DNA of 64,000 nt. Source: Elusimicrobia bacterium GWF2_62_30 (GTDB lineage: Bacteria > Elusimicrobiota > Elusimicrobia > Elusimicrobiales > UBA9959). This document shows, one piece after another, positions 52,601-61,624 of this stretch. The notes beneath the pieces were generated by a model. The model saw nothing but the letters and a program-made list of their open reading frames with translations. It did not search any database and had not been told where the DNA came from. The position numbers and the translations under genes are program-made. Position 1 is the stretch's first letter. Every line of letters begins with the position of its first letter. The stretch spans positions 92,320 to 156,319 of the forward strand of contig MGUK01000084.1 in assembly GCA_001799995.1 (NCBI GenBank), given 5' to 3'.

Positions 52601-52699
52601 GGGAAATGCGTGGAGCAGGAAGCGGAAATGGAAGCGCTGCGCGGCGCGGTGGACAGGCTTAAAGCGGCCTTCGAAGAGGAGCGTAAAAAGAAGGGCTGA
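49643..52699 (+). CDS. Very long coiled-coil protein (1,018 aa), function unknown
   Basis: E/K/R/A/L-rich heptads throughout, almost no Pro; GGAG RBS; TATAAT upstream near 49551. Confidence 0.8.
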   Translation: MNEKFDESSLNEAAITDVETARLALRWALDKIRGLSEQDMKSRQNLQEKTSQVAFLENQLKSRSTELDRAMRSHEEEMKSRQDSLENQFRGRLERISEREKELEDKVSKHEEQMKQKEIHLHDDYQKKSEELRARWAQVEGELWQLRQEHLAKQQEFERVYGARLDDEKKKLLEEAAMQKGALEQAYRTRTEELEKREHSSSEELKKQEALLKWAKDSWQKDAEDRERGLKQKDLAIDKKILEKNQEIEDLKVRISLLDKQLKELPEAVKRRDEDLSRYKDALKSLEGVISTLETEKKAQQSDYDARLSKMESAVELERARYRDMETEIPRRLKIAVEHERNRLAEKLQEIERDYKEDLGKRQEEIDYLQRNLRTFEETIKTMQGERESFSQKLEQSQLQYNSKLEEFAFRERQLQSEYDVRVKVEMEKHTRDLRAEMESANRLYEDSLRLKLEEISHLRKDLDEVSKDRAAGREMVAALRKDLETMSERYVSETGSLRLKLKTDYEQRAAAEAAEAAKTQAAEKQKFTEMLEEKTFSASAALARKEEAINQLRMALQKSGEELKLALAEEKARSAAVIEENAARSAGTLRLREDKISELSRALESTRIEKEELLLLERQRLERLYAEKEKAMDAEAAAKDAELLRAREALAKAAAEKDSFASAFAADKRLLDEKIAGLSRRLAEEESSSSIKADAAARREVERYSEIIDRKNGELDAAAKIRQAQEDAYRKTLEDFREKLADALGRFEALKKSADDRQLQVSALQMDLAREKKTAEDSIAHLAARLSARESDYKALRAEYDDFKGAFEDDVKAEEKKYDEAMQRLRAAEEQKAAREKQMDMLRRDVELLRSELAHRDHDSAEQKAAAAKALEAERRELRAANERLTQDFSQKEKALLAEVSVFRDEAGANEIAAEKYKVQAEEAARNLERIKSVLDEERARRTESGAAEQSLREESGRRIKELASREKALGAELSELKNALASKAGKCVEQEAEMEALRGAVDRLKAAFEEERKKKG

Positions 52700-52737
52700 G
52701 CCTGGCCGTGCGGCCGCAGTGAAGTCCGGAGCCGCAC

Positions 52738-52769
52738 ATAAAAAAACCCGCCGAAGCGGGTTTTTTTAT
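52738..52769. terminator. Bidirectional terminator
   Basis: ataaaaaaacccgc-cgaa-gcgggtttttttat. Confidence 0.88.
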
Positions 52770-52784
52770 GTCAGGCCGTCCCGA

Positions 52785-53186
52785 TCAAGGCTGCAGGGAA
52801 ACGCAGGAGTCGGGGGTGCCGGTGCAGACTATCCTCTTGGTTGCCAGCGTGAAGACGAGCGTGTAGCAGCCGTAGGCGGTGGGGCAGGCGGCGTTGCCGG
52901 CTTTGCGGGTGGCGGTGACGGCCGTGGCGTTGCCGGTGATATTGAAGAATTTCAGCCCGGTGGCGGAAACGTCAAGGGTGCTTATGTCGGAGGTGTAGGC
53001 GCCGGTCCGCAGCATCTCTCTGTCCTGGGCGCCGCCCATGGCGGAAAGGGCGCTGATGCCTTCTGCGGCGCGGCCTTTTTCCACGATCTTGAAGTACTGG
53101 GGGATGGCGACGGAAGCCAGAATACCGATGATGAGCACGACCACCAGCAGTTCGATAAGTGTAAAGCCCTGTTTAACGTTTTTCAT
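52785..53186 (-). CDS. Type IV pilin (PilE-like)
   Basis: MKNVKQG|FTLIELLVVVLIIGILASVAIPQY; four C-terminal Cys; GGAGG RBS. Confidence 0.93.
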   Translation of the reverse strand: MKNVKQGFTLIELLVVVLIIGILASVAIPQYFKIVEKGRAAEGISALSAMGGAQDREMLRTGAYTSDISTLDVSATGLKFFNITGNATAVTATRKAGNAACPTAYGCYTLVFTLATKRIVCTGTPDSCVSLQP

Positions 53187-53217
53187 ATAACCCTCCTGAA
53201 ATGTGTTCCTGAATAAG

Positions 53218-53226
53218 AGTATAGCA
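53218..53226 (-). promoter_or_regulatory. Extended -10 promoter (TGcTATACT) of the pilin gene
   Basis: Minus strand tgctatact in AT-rich intergenic DNA. Confidence 0.55.
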
Positions 53227-53287
53227 TAATAAACAAAAAATCGTATGTGGGGGATGTGTGTTTTTTGTGAGTTTTTCCGGGCCGCAC

Positions 53288-53989
53288 TCACGGTTCTTCC
53301 CATTTATAGCCAAGCCCTTCGATGGTCGCCAGGCAGCCGTGTATTTTGCCCAGGCTTTTCCGGAGGTTCTTAATGTGCGTGTCTATTACCCTGCTGGTGT
53401 TGAAGTAAGGCCTGCCCCAGACCCTTTCCATAAGGAACTGCCTGGTCATGACCCTGCCGCTCTTTTTCACCAGCAGGTAAAGTATCTCGAACTCCTTAGG
53501 CGAAAGGTCCAGTATTTTGCCGGCAAGCTTGGCCTCGTGGCGCGGGTAGTTTATGGAAAGCTCGCCGGAAACCAGGGTTTCCTCCGCCTCTTCCCGGTAT
53601 TCCGGGGAAAGGCTTCTGCGGATGAGCGCCTTTACCCTGGCGAGGAATTCGGCGGGGCTGAAGGGCTTTGTCATGTAATCGTCGCCGCCCAGTTCCAGGC
53701 CCAGCACCTTGCTGACCTCGGTCCTGTCCGTGGTCAGGAAGATTATCGGCACCAGGCGCGAAGCGCTATCCGAGGAGCGGACCTGGCGGCAGAAGTCCAG
53801 CCCGCTCATGCCGGGCAGCCGCAGGTCCACCACCATCAGGTCGGGGGTGAACTTGACCAGGGTCTCAAGGGCCTGTTCGGCGGAGGTGCAGGTGAGCACG
53901 TTGAAATTTTCCAGCTCCAGGCGCTCTTTCACCGATTTGAGCAGCGTCAGTTCGTCGTCCACTACCAGGATGGTGTGAGGGGCTTTCAT
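53288..53989 (-). CDS. OmpR/PhoB-family response regulator
   Basis: VVDDE, DLRLPGMSG, GGDDYMTKPF, winged helix 'IDTHIKNLRK...GLGYK'. Confidence 0.95.
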   Translation of the reverse strand: MKAPHTILVVDDELTLLKSVKERLELENFNVLTCTSAEQALETLVKFTPDLMVVDLRLPGMSGLDFCRQVRSSDSASRLVPIIFLTTDRTEVSKVLGLELGGDDYMTKPFSPAEFLARVKALIRRSLSPEYREEAEETLVSGELSINYPRHEAKLAGKILDLSPKEFEILYLLVKKSGRVMTRQFLMERVWGRPYFNTSRVIDTHIKNLRKSLGKIHGCLATIEGLGYKWEEP

Positions 53990-55404
53990 AGGGCGGGCAG
54001 GAAGATAGTGAACGTGCTGCCTTTTCCCTGGACGCTATCCACTTCGATGCGCCCGCCGTGCTGCTCGACGATGAATTTCGCGATGTAAAGCCCCAGGCCG
54101 GTGCCCTGGCGCGCGGCGGGATGCCCGTGCCTGCCCGAGTTTATCCTGTAGAATTTGCTGAAGAGGTTCTTGATCTCGTGCTGCGGTATGCCCACGCCGG
54201 TGTCGAGGACGCGCACCTTCTGCCAGCCGGGGGCCGTTTCCAGGAACACGCAGACGGAACCGGAATTGGTGAACTTCACGGCGTTGCCGATGATGTTGGA
54301 CAGGACCTGGTAGAGCCGGTCCGGGTCGCCGCGGGTTTCCGGGATCTCCTCCCCGACTATCAGTTCTACTTTCAGGTTCTTCTGCTCGGCGTAAGGCCTG
54401 AGGGAGCGGACCGCCCTGTCCGAGAGCTCCTCGAGGTTGACCGGCTTTATGTCCAGCTCCAGCTTGCCGGATTCTATTTTAGACACCTCGAGCAGCGAGT
54501 CGATGAAGCGGTTGAGGCGCTGCGAATGTTCGTTGATGGAGAAAAGCTGTTCGGGGATCCTTCCATGTTCGTGCTTCTGCAGGAGCTCCTTTATTATGTC
54601 CGAGCAGAGCTCTATGCCCGTGACCGGGGAGCGCAGGTCGTGCGTTATGCTCGAGATGAAATCCCGCTTCATGTCGTCGAATTCCTTGAGCTTGTCGGCC
54701 ATCTCGTTGAACTCGGCCGCGAGCATGCCCATCTCGTCGCGGCTGGTCACGGGGATCCTGTGGTCCAGGCGGCCCGAGCCTATCATGCGGGCGCCCTCGG
54801 CCATCGTCTGCATGGGACCGGCGATCACGCGGGTTATTATCAGGGTGCCGATGCAGCCTATCGCGAAGGCCAGGGAAAGTATTATGAAAAAGCCGGCGGA
54901 CGACTGGTGCAGCGAGGAATCCATCTCCTGGTACATCAGCTGCATCGAGAAATCCACGTGCGCGGTGACCTGGCGGCCCTTGTTGCTGACGACGCTCAGC
55001 GTGGCCTTCAGTATTTTCGCTCCGGTGTCCTGCTGTACCTGCCAGACGCCCGTTATCGGGGGGGAGAAGGCCTTCAGGAAGACCGGCAGCTGGAAGAGGG
55101 ATGGGGAAGGTTTGGCGTACCTGTCGCTCATGAACACCCGGCCCGCCGAATCCGTGCAGGAGACGCTGAGTATCTCCGGCGTCTTAAGGAAGGTCTTGAA
55201 ATATTTATACGCCGGAGAATTCTTGGAGGAACCGTGCGTTTCCTTGCAGACTTCCGTCATCGCCAGCAGGATCTGCAGGTTTTTTCTCTGGCTGTTGGAC
55301 GAGATGGAGGCCCATTCGCTATGGAGGAAAAGGAGGCCGGTTACCGCGGAGATGGCCGTCAGGAGCGCAAGGATAAGGATTATCAGCTTATTGCGTATGC
55401 TCAT
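53986..55404 (-). CDS. Membrane-bound HAMP-domain sensor histidine kinase
   Basis: Two TM helices, HAMP, THDLRSP, NAVKFT, DTGVGI, GTGLGL. Confidence 0.95.
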   Translation of the reverse strand: MSIRNKLIILILALLTAISAVTGLLFLHSEWASISSNSQRKNLQILLAMTEVCKETHGSSKNSPAYKYFKTFLKTPEILSVSCTDSAGRVFMSDRYAKPSPSLFQLPVFLKAFSPPITGVWQVQQDTGAKILKATLSVVSNKGRQVTAHVDFSMQLMYQEMDSSLHQSSAGFFIILSLAFAIGCIGTLIITRVIAGPMQTMAEGARMIGSGRLDHRIPVTSRDEMGMLAAEFNEMADKLKEFDDMKRDFISSITHDLRSPVTGIELCSDIIKELLQKHEHGRIPEQLFSINEHSQRLNRFIDSLLEVSKIESGKLELDIKPVNLEELSDRAVRSLRPYAEQKNLKVELIVGEEIPETRGDPDRLYQVLSNIIGNAVKFTNSGSVCVFLETAPGWQKVRVLDTGVGIPQHEIKNLFSKFYRINSGRHGHPAARQGTGLGLYIAKFIVEQHGGRIEVDSVQGKGSTFTIFLPAL

Positions 55405-55459
55405 GGATGGACTGCGGGCGTCCGTCGGAAAGGGGCCCCCTGCTGAACCCGCAAAGTGA

Positions 55460-55531
55460 TGCGCCCGGCGCGATTCGAACGCGCGGCCACCCGCTTAAAA
55501 GGCGGATGCTCTACCCCTGAGCTACGGGCGC
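55460..55531 (-). tRNA. tRNA-Lys (anticodon TTT)
   Basis: gcgcccg acceptor stem, TAGCTCAG..GTAGAGC D-arm, loop CTTTTAA, GTTCGAATC; CCA not encoded. Confidence 0.93.
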
Positions 55532-55691
55532 TTATACTGCAGATACCGTCAACTGCGCATTAATTATACGAAATATTCCGCATAATACAAAACGCGCGCT
55601 GCCGGAAGTTGTCGGCACCGCGCTATTGTGCTATACTCAAAAAACGTTCCGGGCCGGGCGGCGCGCCCTGCGCCCGGGGCACGGTTCCCCG

Positions 55692-57164
55692 ATGACAGCC
55701 CTCCTTGAAAAAATAAAGAATTTCGAATCCCCGGTAGTCCCCGTACTGGTGGTCGTGTTCGCCGTTTTCATGCTTATCTGGCTGCCGTACCGGGTGATAG
55801 GTTACGGGTACCTGCCGCAGGACGACGTCACCAGGCATTCCGCAAAAGTGATTTCGGGCAAGGACTGGAAAGATATCCTCGTCCTCCGTGATGATATAAG
55901 GATGGACAGCCACCCCGGCTGGCATTCCATCCTGGGCGCCGTGCACAAGGCGACCAGGTGGCCCCCGTACGACCTGGCGGTGTTCTCCGTAGCTTCCTTG
56001 TTCATCCTCGCCGCGCTGCTCCCCGTCTTCCTCACAAAAAGGCCGGAGGCGTGGATCCTCGCCCTGCTGATCATCGCCGTGGTCAGTTTCGGCGTCTATT
56101 ACCGCCTGCTCATGGGAAGGCCGTTCCTGGTAACGACGGCGTACATGCTGGCGTTCGGGTTCACCTGGCAGAAGCTCAGGGGGCCGCGGCCCTACGCGGC
56201 CTTCGCGGCGATGACGCTGTTCGGCGCCCTTTCGACCTGGATCCATTGCGGCTGGTACCTGCTCGCCCTGCCCTGCGCCGCGCTCTTCCTCGCCCGCGAA
56301 TGGCGCGCCTGCGCCCTGCTTTCCCTCAGCGTCCTCGCCGGGGTGCTGGCGGGCGCCGCGCTCACCGGGCAGCCCGTCATGTTCCTGGTGCAGACCACCA
56401 GGCACTTTTTCCTTTCCCTGGGGGACACCCCGCAGCACCTGCTCGCGGCGGAATTCCAGCCCGCGGGCGGCGATTACGGTGTGCTGCTGGTCTTCCTCCT
56501 TTTTATAATGTGGCGCTTCATCAGGAATAAATGGGACGTTAAAGCCGTCGACAACCCGGTCTTCCTCCTGCTCTGCGCCTGCTGGGTCCTGGGTTTTCTC
56601 GTCGGCAGGGTCTGGGACGATATCGGTCTTGCGGCGGGCCTGGTCTGGATAACCCTGGAACTGGAGCAGCTTCTGGAGAGCTCCGCGGGTTTCAATTCGC
56701 CCAGGCGCCTGCTTATTTCCGCCGCGGCCGTCTGCCTCCTCTTCCTGGCCGTCACTAACGACGCCGCCGGGCGCTGGTCCTTATCCCGGCCGGGCATGTA
56801 CATCACCCCGGAAAAAGTGCAGGACGTCTCCTGGCTTCCCGGCGACGGGGGGATAGTTTACAGCGACAATATGAACGTGTTCTACAACATGTTCTTCCGC
56901 AATCCCCTGGCGAACTGGCGGTATATGGTCGGGTTCGAGCCGGCCCTGATGCCCAAAGAGGACCTGGCCGTTTTCAGGGACATACAGCTGAAGAGGGGGG
57001 CGAAAGAAGCCTATGCCCCGTGGGTCGCGAAAATGAGGCCCGAAGACAGGCTTATCCGGACGGGGTCTTCATTGGCCAGGCCCGCGATAGAAGGCCTGGA
57101 ATGGAATTTCATAGCGGACGCCGTCTGGTGCGGCCGTCTCCCGGCTAAAAAAGCCGGCCGGTAG
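55692..57164 (+). CDS. Polytopic membrane protein, possibly GT-C-type glycosyltransferase
   Basis: About 10 hydrophobic segments; 'DDVTRH' in the first loop, 'RP', 'EFQP'; soluble C-terminal domain; start at MTALL uncertain. Confidence 0.55.
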   Translation: MTALLEKIKNFESPVVPVLVVVFAVFMLIWLPYRVIGYGYLPQDDVTRHSAKVISGKDWKDILVLRDDIRMDSHPGWHSILGAVHKATRWPPYDLAVFSVASLFILAALLPVFLTKRPEAWILALLIIAVVSFGVYYRLLMGRPFLVTTAYMLAFGFTWQKLRGPRPYAAFAAMTLFGALSTWIHCGWYLLALPCAALFLAREWRACALLSLSVLAGVLAGAALTGQPVMFLVQTTRHFFLSLGDTPQHLLAAEFQPAGGDYGVLLVFLLFIMWRFIRNKWDVKAVDNPVFLLLCACWVLGFLVGRVWDDIGLAAGLVWITLELEQLLESSAGFNSPRRLLISAAAVCLLFLAVTNDAAGRWSLSRPGMYITPEKVQDVSWLPGDGGIVYSDNMNVFYNMFFRNPLANWRYMVGFEPALMPKEDLAVFRDIQLKRGAKEAYAPWVAKMRPEDRLIRTGSSLARPAIEGLEWNFIADAVWCGRLPAKKAGR

Positions 57165-57235
57165 GCGCCGTTCCCGCCGGCTTGGCTCTTCTTCCTGTAA
57201 CTTCACACGCCCGTTTGTAATATAATATAGCCCAG

Positions 57236-58033
57236 ATGGCCGGAAGAAAAAAATTTAAAGTTAAAGTGCGCGTGAAGGTGCGCAACAACCTGCTCCGCCG
57301 CGGCGGGGCCGCCGCGGGCATCGTGCTGGGGCTCGGTTTCGTCGTCTGGATCTCCGGCTATGCGCTGCGGTCTTCACGCGACCTTATCAGCGGCCGGTTC
57401 TTTTCCTTCAAGCCCGTTTCCATCGAGGTGAACTGCCCGGCGCCCGAAGCCGCCGCGTCGGCGCGCGAACTCTTTTCCGGCACGCTGAACTCGCCGCTTA
57501 CAGCCGGGCGCTGCCGCGAACTTGCCGCGGAGCTCAAGCGCCGCCATCCCGCCCTCTCTTCCGCCAAAGTGTTCCGCAATTTTTTCACGGGCAAGACCGA
57601 GATCTCCGCCGCGGTGGAGCCGGTGGTGGCGCCCGTGCTGCTTAACGGCGCCACGGTCTACCTCGGCGAGACCGGGCGGCTTATGCGCGAGAACCTCTCC
57701 GGGCCGCAGACCGCGCCGTTCCTCACGGAGCTGCGCGGCGCCGCGCGGGTAGCGGGGCTGGTAACTTTCCTCAAGGATATCAAAGCCCAGTACGCGCTTT
57801 TTTCCTCCAAGCCGGTAAAGCTCGAATGCGGCCCGGAGCCGGAGTGCTCCCTGCTGCTGGAAGACCGCACCCGGGTCCTCTGGGGCGGATTTGAATTCAC
57901 CGGACTAAAAGTATTAAGATTGAACGAGGTCCTTAAAGACGCCGCGGCTAAGCGCGGCGGCCCCCTGCGGATCGACTTGAGATGCTTCAGGGAAGGCAAG
58001 ATATTCGTTTCCGAGGCCAGTCAGCGTTCCTAA
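57236..58033 (+). CDS. ftsQ: Cell division protein FtsQ/DivIB-like (divergent)
   Basis: Basic N-tail, single TM, POTRA-like region, terminal 'IDLR'; precedes ftsA. Confidence 0.7.
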   Translation: MAGRKKFKVKVRVKVRNNLLRRGGAAAGIVLGLGFVVWISGYALRSSRDLISGRFFSFKPVSIEVNCPAPEAAASARELFSGTLNSPLTAGRCRELAAELKRRHPALSSAKVFRNFFTGKTEISAAVEPVVAPVLLNGATVYLGETGRLMRENLSGPQTAPFLTELRGAARVAGLVTFLKDIKAQYALFSSKPVKLECGPEPECSLLLEDRTRVLWGGFEFTGLKVLRLNEVLKDAAAKRGGPLRIDLRCFREGKIFVSEASQRS

Positions 58034-58091
58034 CCGCCGGTTCCGGTACGCGCGGCCTGCTATCCGTAGTTCTGCCTGGAGTTCTATACAT

Positions 58092-59324
58092 ATGGGAAAA
58101 TCTGAAATTATCGCCGGGCTCGACATGGGGTCCTCCCGGGTCACCTGCGTCATCGCCGAGCACGACGAAGAGCACAATAAAGTCCGCATCCTGGCCGGCG
58201 CCTCCGCCCCCTGCAAGGGGCTCAAGGGCGGCGTGGTCGTAAATATAGAGGAGACAGCCCGGGCCATAGAGAACGCGATGGACGCGGCGGAAACCAAGGC
58301 CAACGAGGTCGTGGGCGAGGTCTACCTCGGCGTGCGCGGCTCGCATATCCAGGCTTTCGACAACAAGGGCGGCTACAATATAGCGCGCACCGACAAGGAA
58401 ATAACGGCGGAGGACGTGGCCAACGTCATCGAAAGCGCCAAGACCGTCCCGCTTTCCTCCGACCGCGAGATCCTGCACGTGATCCCGCAGGGCTTCTCGC
58501 TCGACCGGCAGCGCGGCGTCCCGAACCCTATCGGGATGGAAGGGGCGCTGCTCGAAGTCGGCGTCCACATCGTTACGGCGTCCACCCCGGTCATAAACAA
58601 CCTGGTGAAATCCGTCTTCAAGGGCGGCTTCCGCGTGGCCGATACTATTTATACCCTGCTGGCGGTGGGCGAACTGGTGGTCTCCGAGGAAGAAAAGGAC
58701 CTCGGCTGCCTGCTCGTCGACACCGGCGGCCAGACCACCTCGCTGGCGGTCTATTCCGAGGGGAGCATCCATTTCTCGAAGGAGATCCCGCTCGGAGGCG
58801 ACCACGTCACGCGCGACATCGCCTACGGCCTGGGCACCACCATGTCGGCCGCGCAGGAGATCAAGGAGAAGTACGGCGCGGTGTTCTCCAACATGCTCGA
58901 CGAGGAAAAAACTATCAGCGTCACCAGGCTGGACGCGCGCACGAAGAAAGAGGTGAAGCCGCGCGAGCTGCTGGACTTCATCCAGCCCCGCGCCGAGGAA
59001 ATTTTCGAGAAGATCAACCAGGCCGTGCAGAGCTCCAACTACGCGGAGCTGCCCGGCGGCGCGATACTTACCGGCGGCGGCGCGCTGCTCAAAGGCATGC
59101 CCGAGGCGGCGGAGCAGCTGCTGGACCTCAGTCAGGCGCGCCTGGGAGTAGCCGCGCAGGAGATCCTGCAGTGCCCCGAGGAATACCTTACGCAGCCCTA
59201 CCTGGGCGCCGTGGCGCTGGTCTGCTACCCGCACCTCAAGAGCTGGAACACCGACGTGCCCGGCCCGTCCAGGGCCGGTTCCGTCGAGAAGAAAGTCTGG
59301 CGCTGGTTCAAGGACCTTTTCTGA
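58092..59324 (+). CDS. ftsA: Cell division protein FtsA
   Basis: LDMGSS, DTGGQTT, GGDHVT.DIA, LTGGG, amphipathic terminus WFKDLF. Confidence 0.97.
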   Translation: MGKSEIIAGLDMGSSRVTCVIAEHDEEHNKVRILAGASAPCKGLKGGVVVNIEETARAIENAMDAAETKANEVVGEVYLGVRGSHIQAFDNKGGYNIARTDKEITAEDVANVIESAKTVPLSSDREILHVIPQGFSLDRQRGVPNPIGMEGALLEVGVHIVTASTPVINNLVKSVFKGGFRVADTIYTLLAVGELVVSEEEKDLGCLLVDTGGQTTSLAVYSEGSIHFSKEIPLGGDHVTRDIAYGLGTTMSAAQEIKEKYGAVFSNMLDEEKTISVTRLDARTKKEVKPRELLDFIQPRAEEIFEKINQAVQSSNYAELPGGAILTGGGALLKGMPEAAEQLLDLSQARLGVAAQEILQCPEEYLTQPYLGAVALVCYPHLKSWNTDVPGPSRAGSVEKKVWRWFKDLF

Positions 59325-60472
59325 TGTCTGAAACACGTATCCGCTATAACAAGGATTTCCGCGGCCGCGAGGCCGTGATCAAGGTGCTGGGCGTGGGCGG
59401 CGGCGGCGGCAACGCCGTCAACCGCATGGTGGAAGCCGACGTGCGCATGGTGGAGTTCGTCGCCATAAACACCGACGCGCAGGACCTGCGCCGCAGCAAG
59501 GCCCCCAACCGCATACAGATAGGCGAGTCCCTGACCAAGGGGCTCGGCGTGGGCGGCGACCCCGAAAGGGGCCGGCAGGCCGCCATGGAGTCCGTCGACG
59601 TGATCAAGGAATCCGTCGCCGACGCCGACCTGCTGTTCATCACGGCCGGCATGGGCGGCGGCACCGGCACCGGCGGGGCTCCCGTAGTGGCGCAGGTGGC
59701 GCGCGAGGCCAACCCGGACGCGCTCCTGATAGGCGTGGTCACCAGGCCCTTCAGCTTTGAAGGCAAGCAGCGGACCGACCAGGCGCAGGCCGGCATCCAC
59801 GAGCTGCGCAAGCATCTCGATTCCCTGCTCGTCATCCCCAACGACCGCATCCGCTCCGAGGTGGACCGCGAGGCCAGCAGCCAGGAGTCCTACAGGCTGG
59901 CCGACGACGTGCTCCGCCAGGCCATCCAGGGCATCTCCGACGTGATAACCAGCGCGGGCGAGCTCAACGTGGATTTCGCGGACGTCAAGAAGATCATGAT
60001 CAAATCCGGCGAGGCCCTGATAGGCATAGGCGCCGCTTCAGGCCCGGAACGGCACCTGGAGGCGGCGCAACGCGCCATCCATTCCCCGATGCTGGAGAAC
60101 GCCGTGATCAACGGCGCCAAAGGCCTGCTGGTTAATTTCACGAGCAACAGGGATATCAAGCTGGTGGAGATAAGCGAGGCGATGGAGTATATCACCAAGA
60201 CCGCCAACCCCGAGGCCGCGATAAAGCACGGGCAGGTCTTCGACGAGAACATGGGCGACGAGCTGAAGATCACCGTGATCGCCACCGGCTTTCCCGCCAA
60301 GCGCAGCGAGCTCGCCGGCGACCTGGCGCGCCTGCGCAACCGCGGCAAGCGGCCGCGCATCGACGACGATTTTCCGCAGGCGGAGGAGACGCAGCGGGCC
60401 TCCGCTTACGGCGACAATTTCGACAAGCCGGCCTACCTGCGCAGGCAGCCTGGGGCCAGGAGACTGAAGTAG
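59324..60472 (+). CDS. ftsZ: Cell division protein FtsZ
   Basis: GVGGGGGNA, GMGGGTGTG, NVDFAD, terminal PAYLRR; start at MSETR. Confidence 0.98.
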   Translation: MSETRIRYNKDFRGREAVIKVLGVGGGGGNAVNRMVEADVRMVEFVAINTDAQDLRRSKAPNRIQIGESLTKGLGVGGDPERGRQAAMESVDVIKESVADADLLFITAGMGGGTGTGGAPVVAQVAREANPDALLIGVVTRPFSFEGKQRTDQAQAGIHELRKHLDSLLVIPNDRIRSEVDREASSQESYRLADDVLRQAIQGISDVITSAGELNVDFADVKKIMIKSGEALIGIGAASGPERHLEAAQRAIHSPMLENAVINGAKGLLVNFTSNRDIKLVEISEAMEYITKTANPEAAIKHGQVFDENMGDELKITVIATGFPAKRSELAGDLARLRNRGKRPRIDDDFPQAEETQRASAYGDNFDKPAYLRRQPGARRLK

Positions 60473-60490
60473 GGGGCCGGGGGAACGCAC

Positions 60491-61585
60491 ATGGCTATAA
60501 ATCTCAATCTTTTGCTGAAGGTGATGGTCCAGAACAAGGCTTCGGACATCCATATCCGCGGCGATTCCCAGGTCTACCTGCGCATCCACGGCAAGGTAAC
60601 CCCTGTCAACGCCTCCAACATGACGGAGAAAGAGGTGCAGGACCTGGTGGCCCCGCTGATGAGCGCGCGGCACAAGGCCATCTTCGCCGAAAAGCACGAG
60701 GCGGATTTTTCTTTCGAGAACCCCGAGCTGGGCCGTTTCCGCTTCAACGTCTTCCTGCATAAGGGGAAGACCGGCGTGGCCGTGCGCCACATCCCGCTGG
60801 TCATCCCCACTTTCGAGGAACTGCGCCTGCCGATAGATTCCATAAAAAAGCTGCTGACCAACGAGCGCGGGCTCATCCTCGTCACCGGCATCACCGGCTC
60901 GGGCAAGACCTCGACGCTGGCGGCGATGGTGGAGTACCTCAACCAGAACTGGGATTCGCACATCATCACCATCGAAGACCCCGTGGAATTCGCCTACACG
61001 GAGAAGCGCTGCATCATCAGCCAGCGCGAGATCGGCAACGACACCACCTCTTTCGTGGAGGCCCTGCGCGCGGCCATGCGGCAGGACCCCGACATCATCC
61101 TGGTCGGCGAAATGCGCGATCTGGAGACGACGCAGGCCGCCATCACGGCCGCGGAGACCGGCCACCTGGTGTTCGGCACGCTGCACACCATGAACGCCGT
61201 GCAGACCATCTCCAGGATCATCGACCTGTTCCCGCCGCACCAGCAGGTGCAGGTCCGGATGCAGCTTTCCGAAACCCTTAAGGGCATCATTTCCCAGCGG
61301 CTGCTGCCGTGCACCCGCGGCGGCCGCCTGCCGGCCGTAGAGATAATGAACACCACGCCGCATATCAAGAAGATGATAGCGGAGAACCAGATCGACTCCG
61401 TGAGCCAGGCCATCTCCAAGGGCGCTTTCTACGGGATGCAGAGCTTCAACCAGTCGCTGGTCCGCATGCACAAGGACGGCATGGCCAAGCTGGACGACAT
61501 TATCCAGGCCGCCTCCAATCCCGACGACGTGCTGCTGGCGATCAAAGGCATCGAGCAGGAAATAGATTCCGGCCGCGGCAAATAG
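60491..61585 (+). CDS. pilT: Type IV pilus retraction ATPase PilT/PilU
   Basis: ASDIH, GITGSGKTST, TIEDPVE, AMRQDPD, GEMRD, AETGH...TLH. Confidence 0.92.
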   Translation: MAINLNLLLKVMVQNKASDIHIRGDSQVYLRIHGKVTPVNASNMTEKEVQDLVAPLMSARHKAIFAEKHEADFSFENPELGRFRFNVFLHKGKTGVAVRHIPLVIPTFEELRLPIDSIKKLLTNERGLILVTGITGSGKTSTLAAMVEYLNQNWDSHIITIEDPVEFAYTEKRCIISQREIGNDTTSFVEALRAAMRQDPDIILVGEMRDLETTQAAITAAETGHLVFGTLHTMNAVQTISRIIDLFPPHQQVQVRMQLSETLKGIISQRLLPCTRGGRLPAVEIMNTTPHIKKMIAENQIDSVSQAISKGAFYGMQSFNQSLVRMHKDGMAKLDDIIQAASNPDDVLLAIKGIEQEIDSGRGK

Positions 61586-61624
61586 CCGGGTCAAGTTTTA
61601 TCTTTCGCCGTACAAGGAGCAACT

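Noticed and set aside
49643-52699. SMC/SbcC or phage tape-measure annotation
   Set aside because: No Walker motifs, hinge or zinc hook, and no phage genes nearby.
52785-55531. Integrative island at tRNA-Lys or tRNA-Leu
   Set aside because: No integrase and no duplicated tRNA 3' end seen.
59171-59323. Longer ORF-track starts for ftsZ, and likewise kbl, GH57, pilin, the phosphohexomutase and the redoxin
   Set aside because: Extensions overlap upstream genes or promoters; downstream starts have an RBS, a stop-start overlap or match family N-termini.
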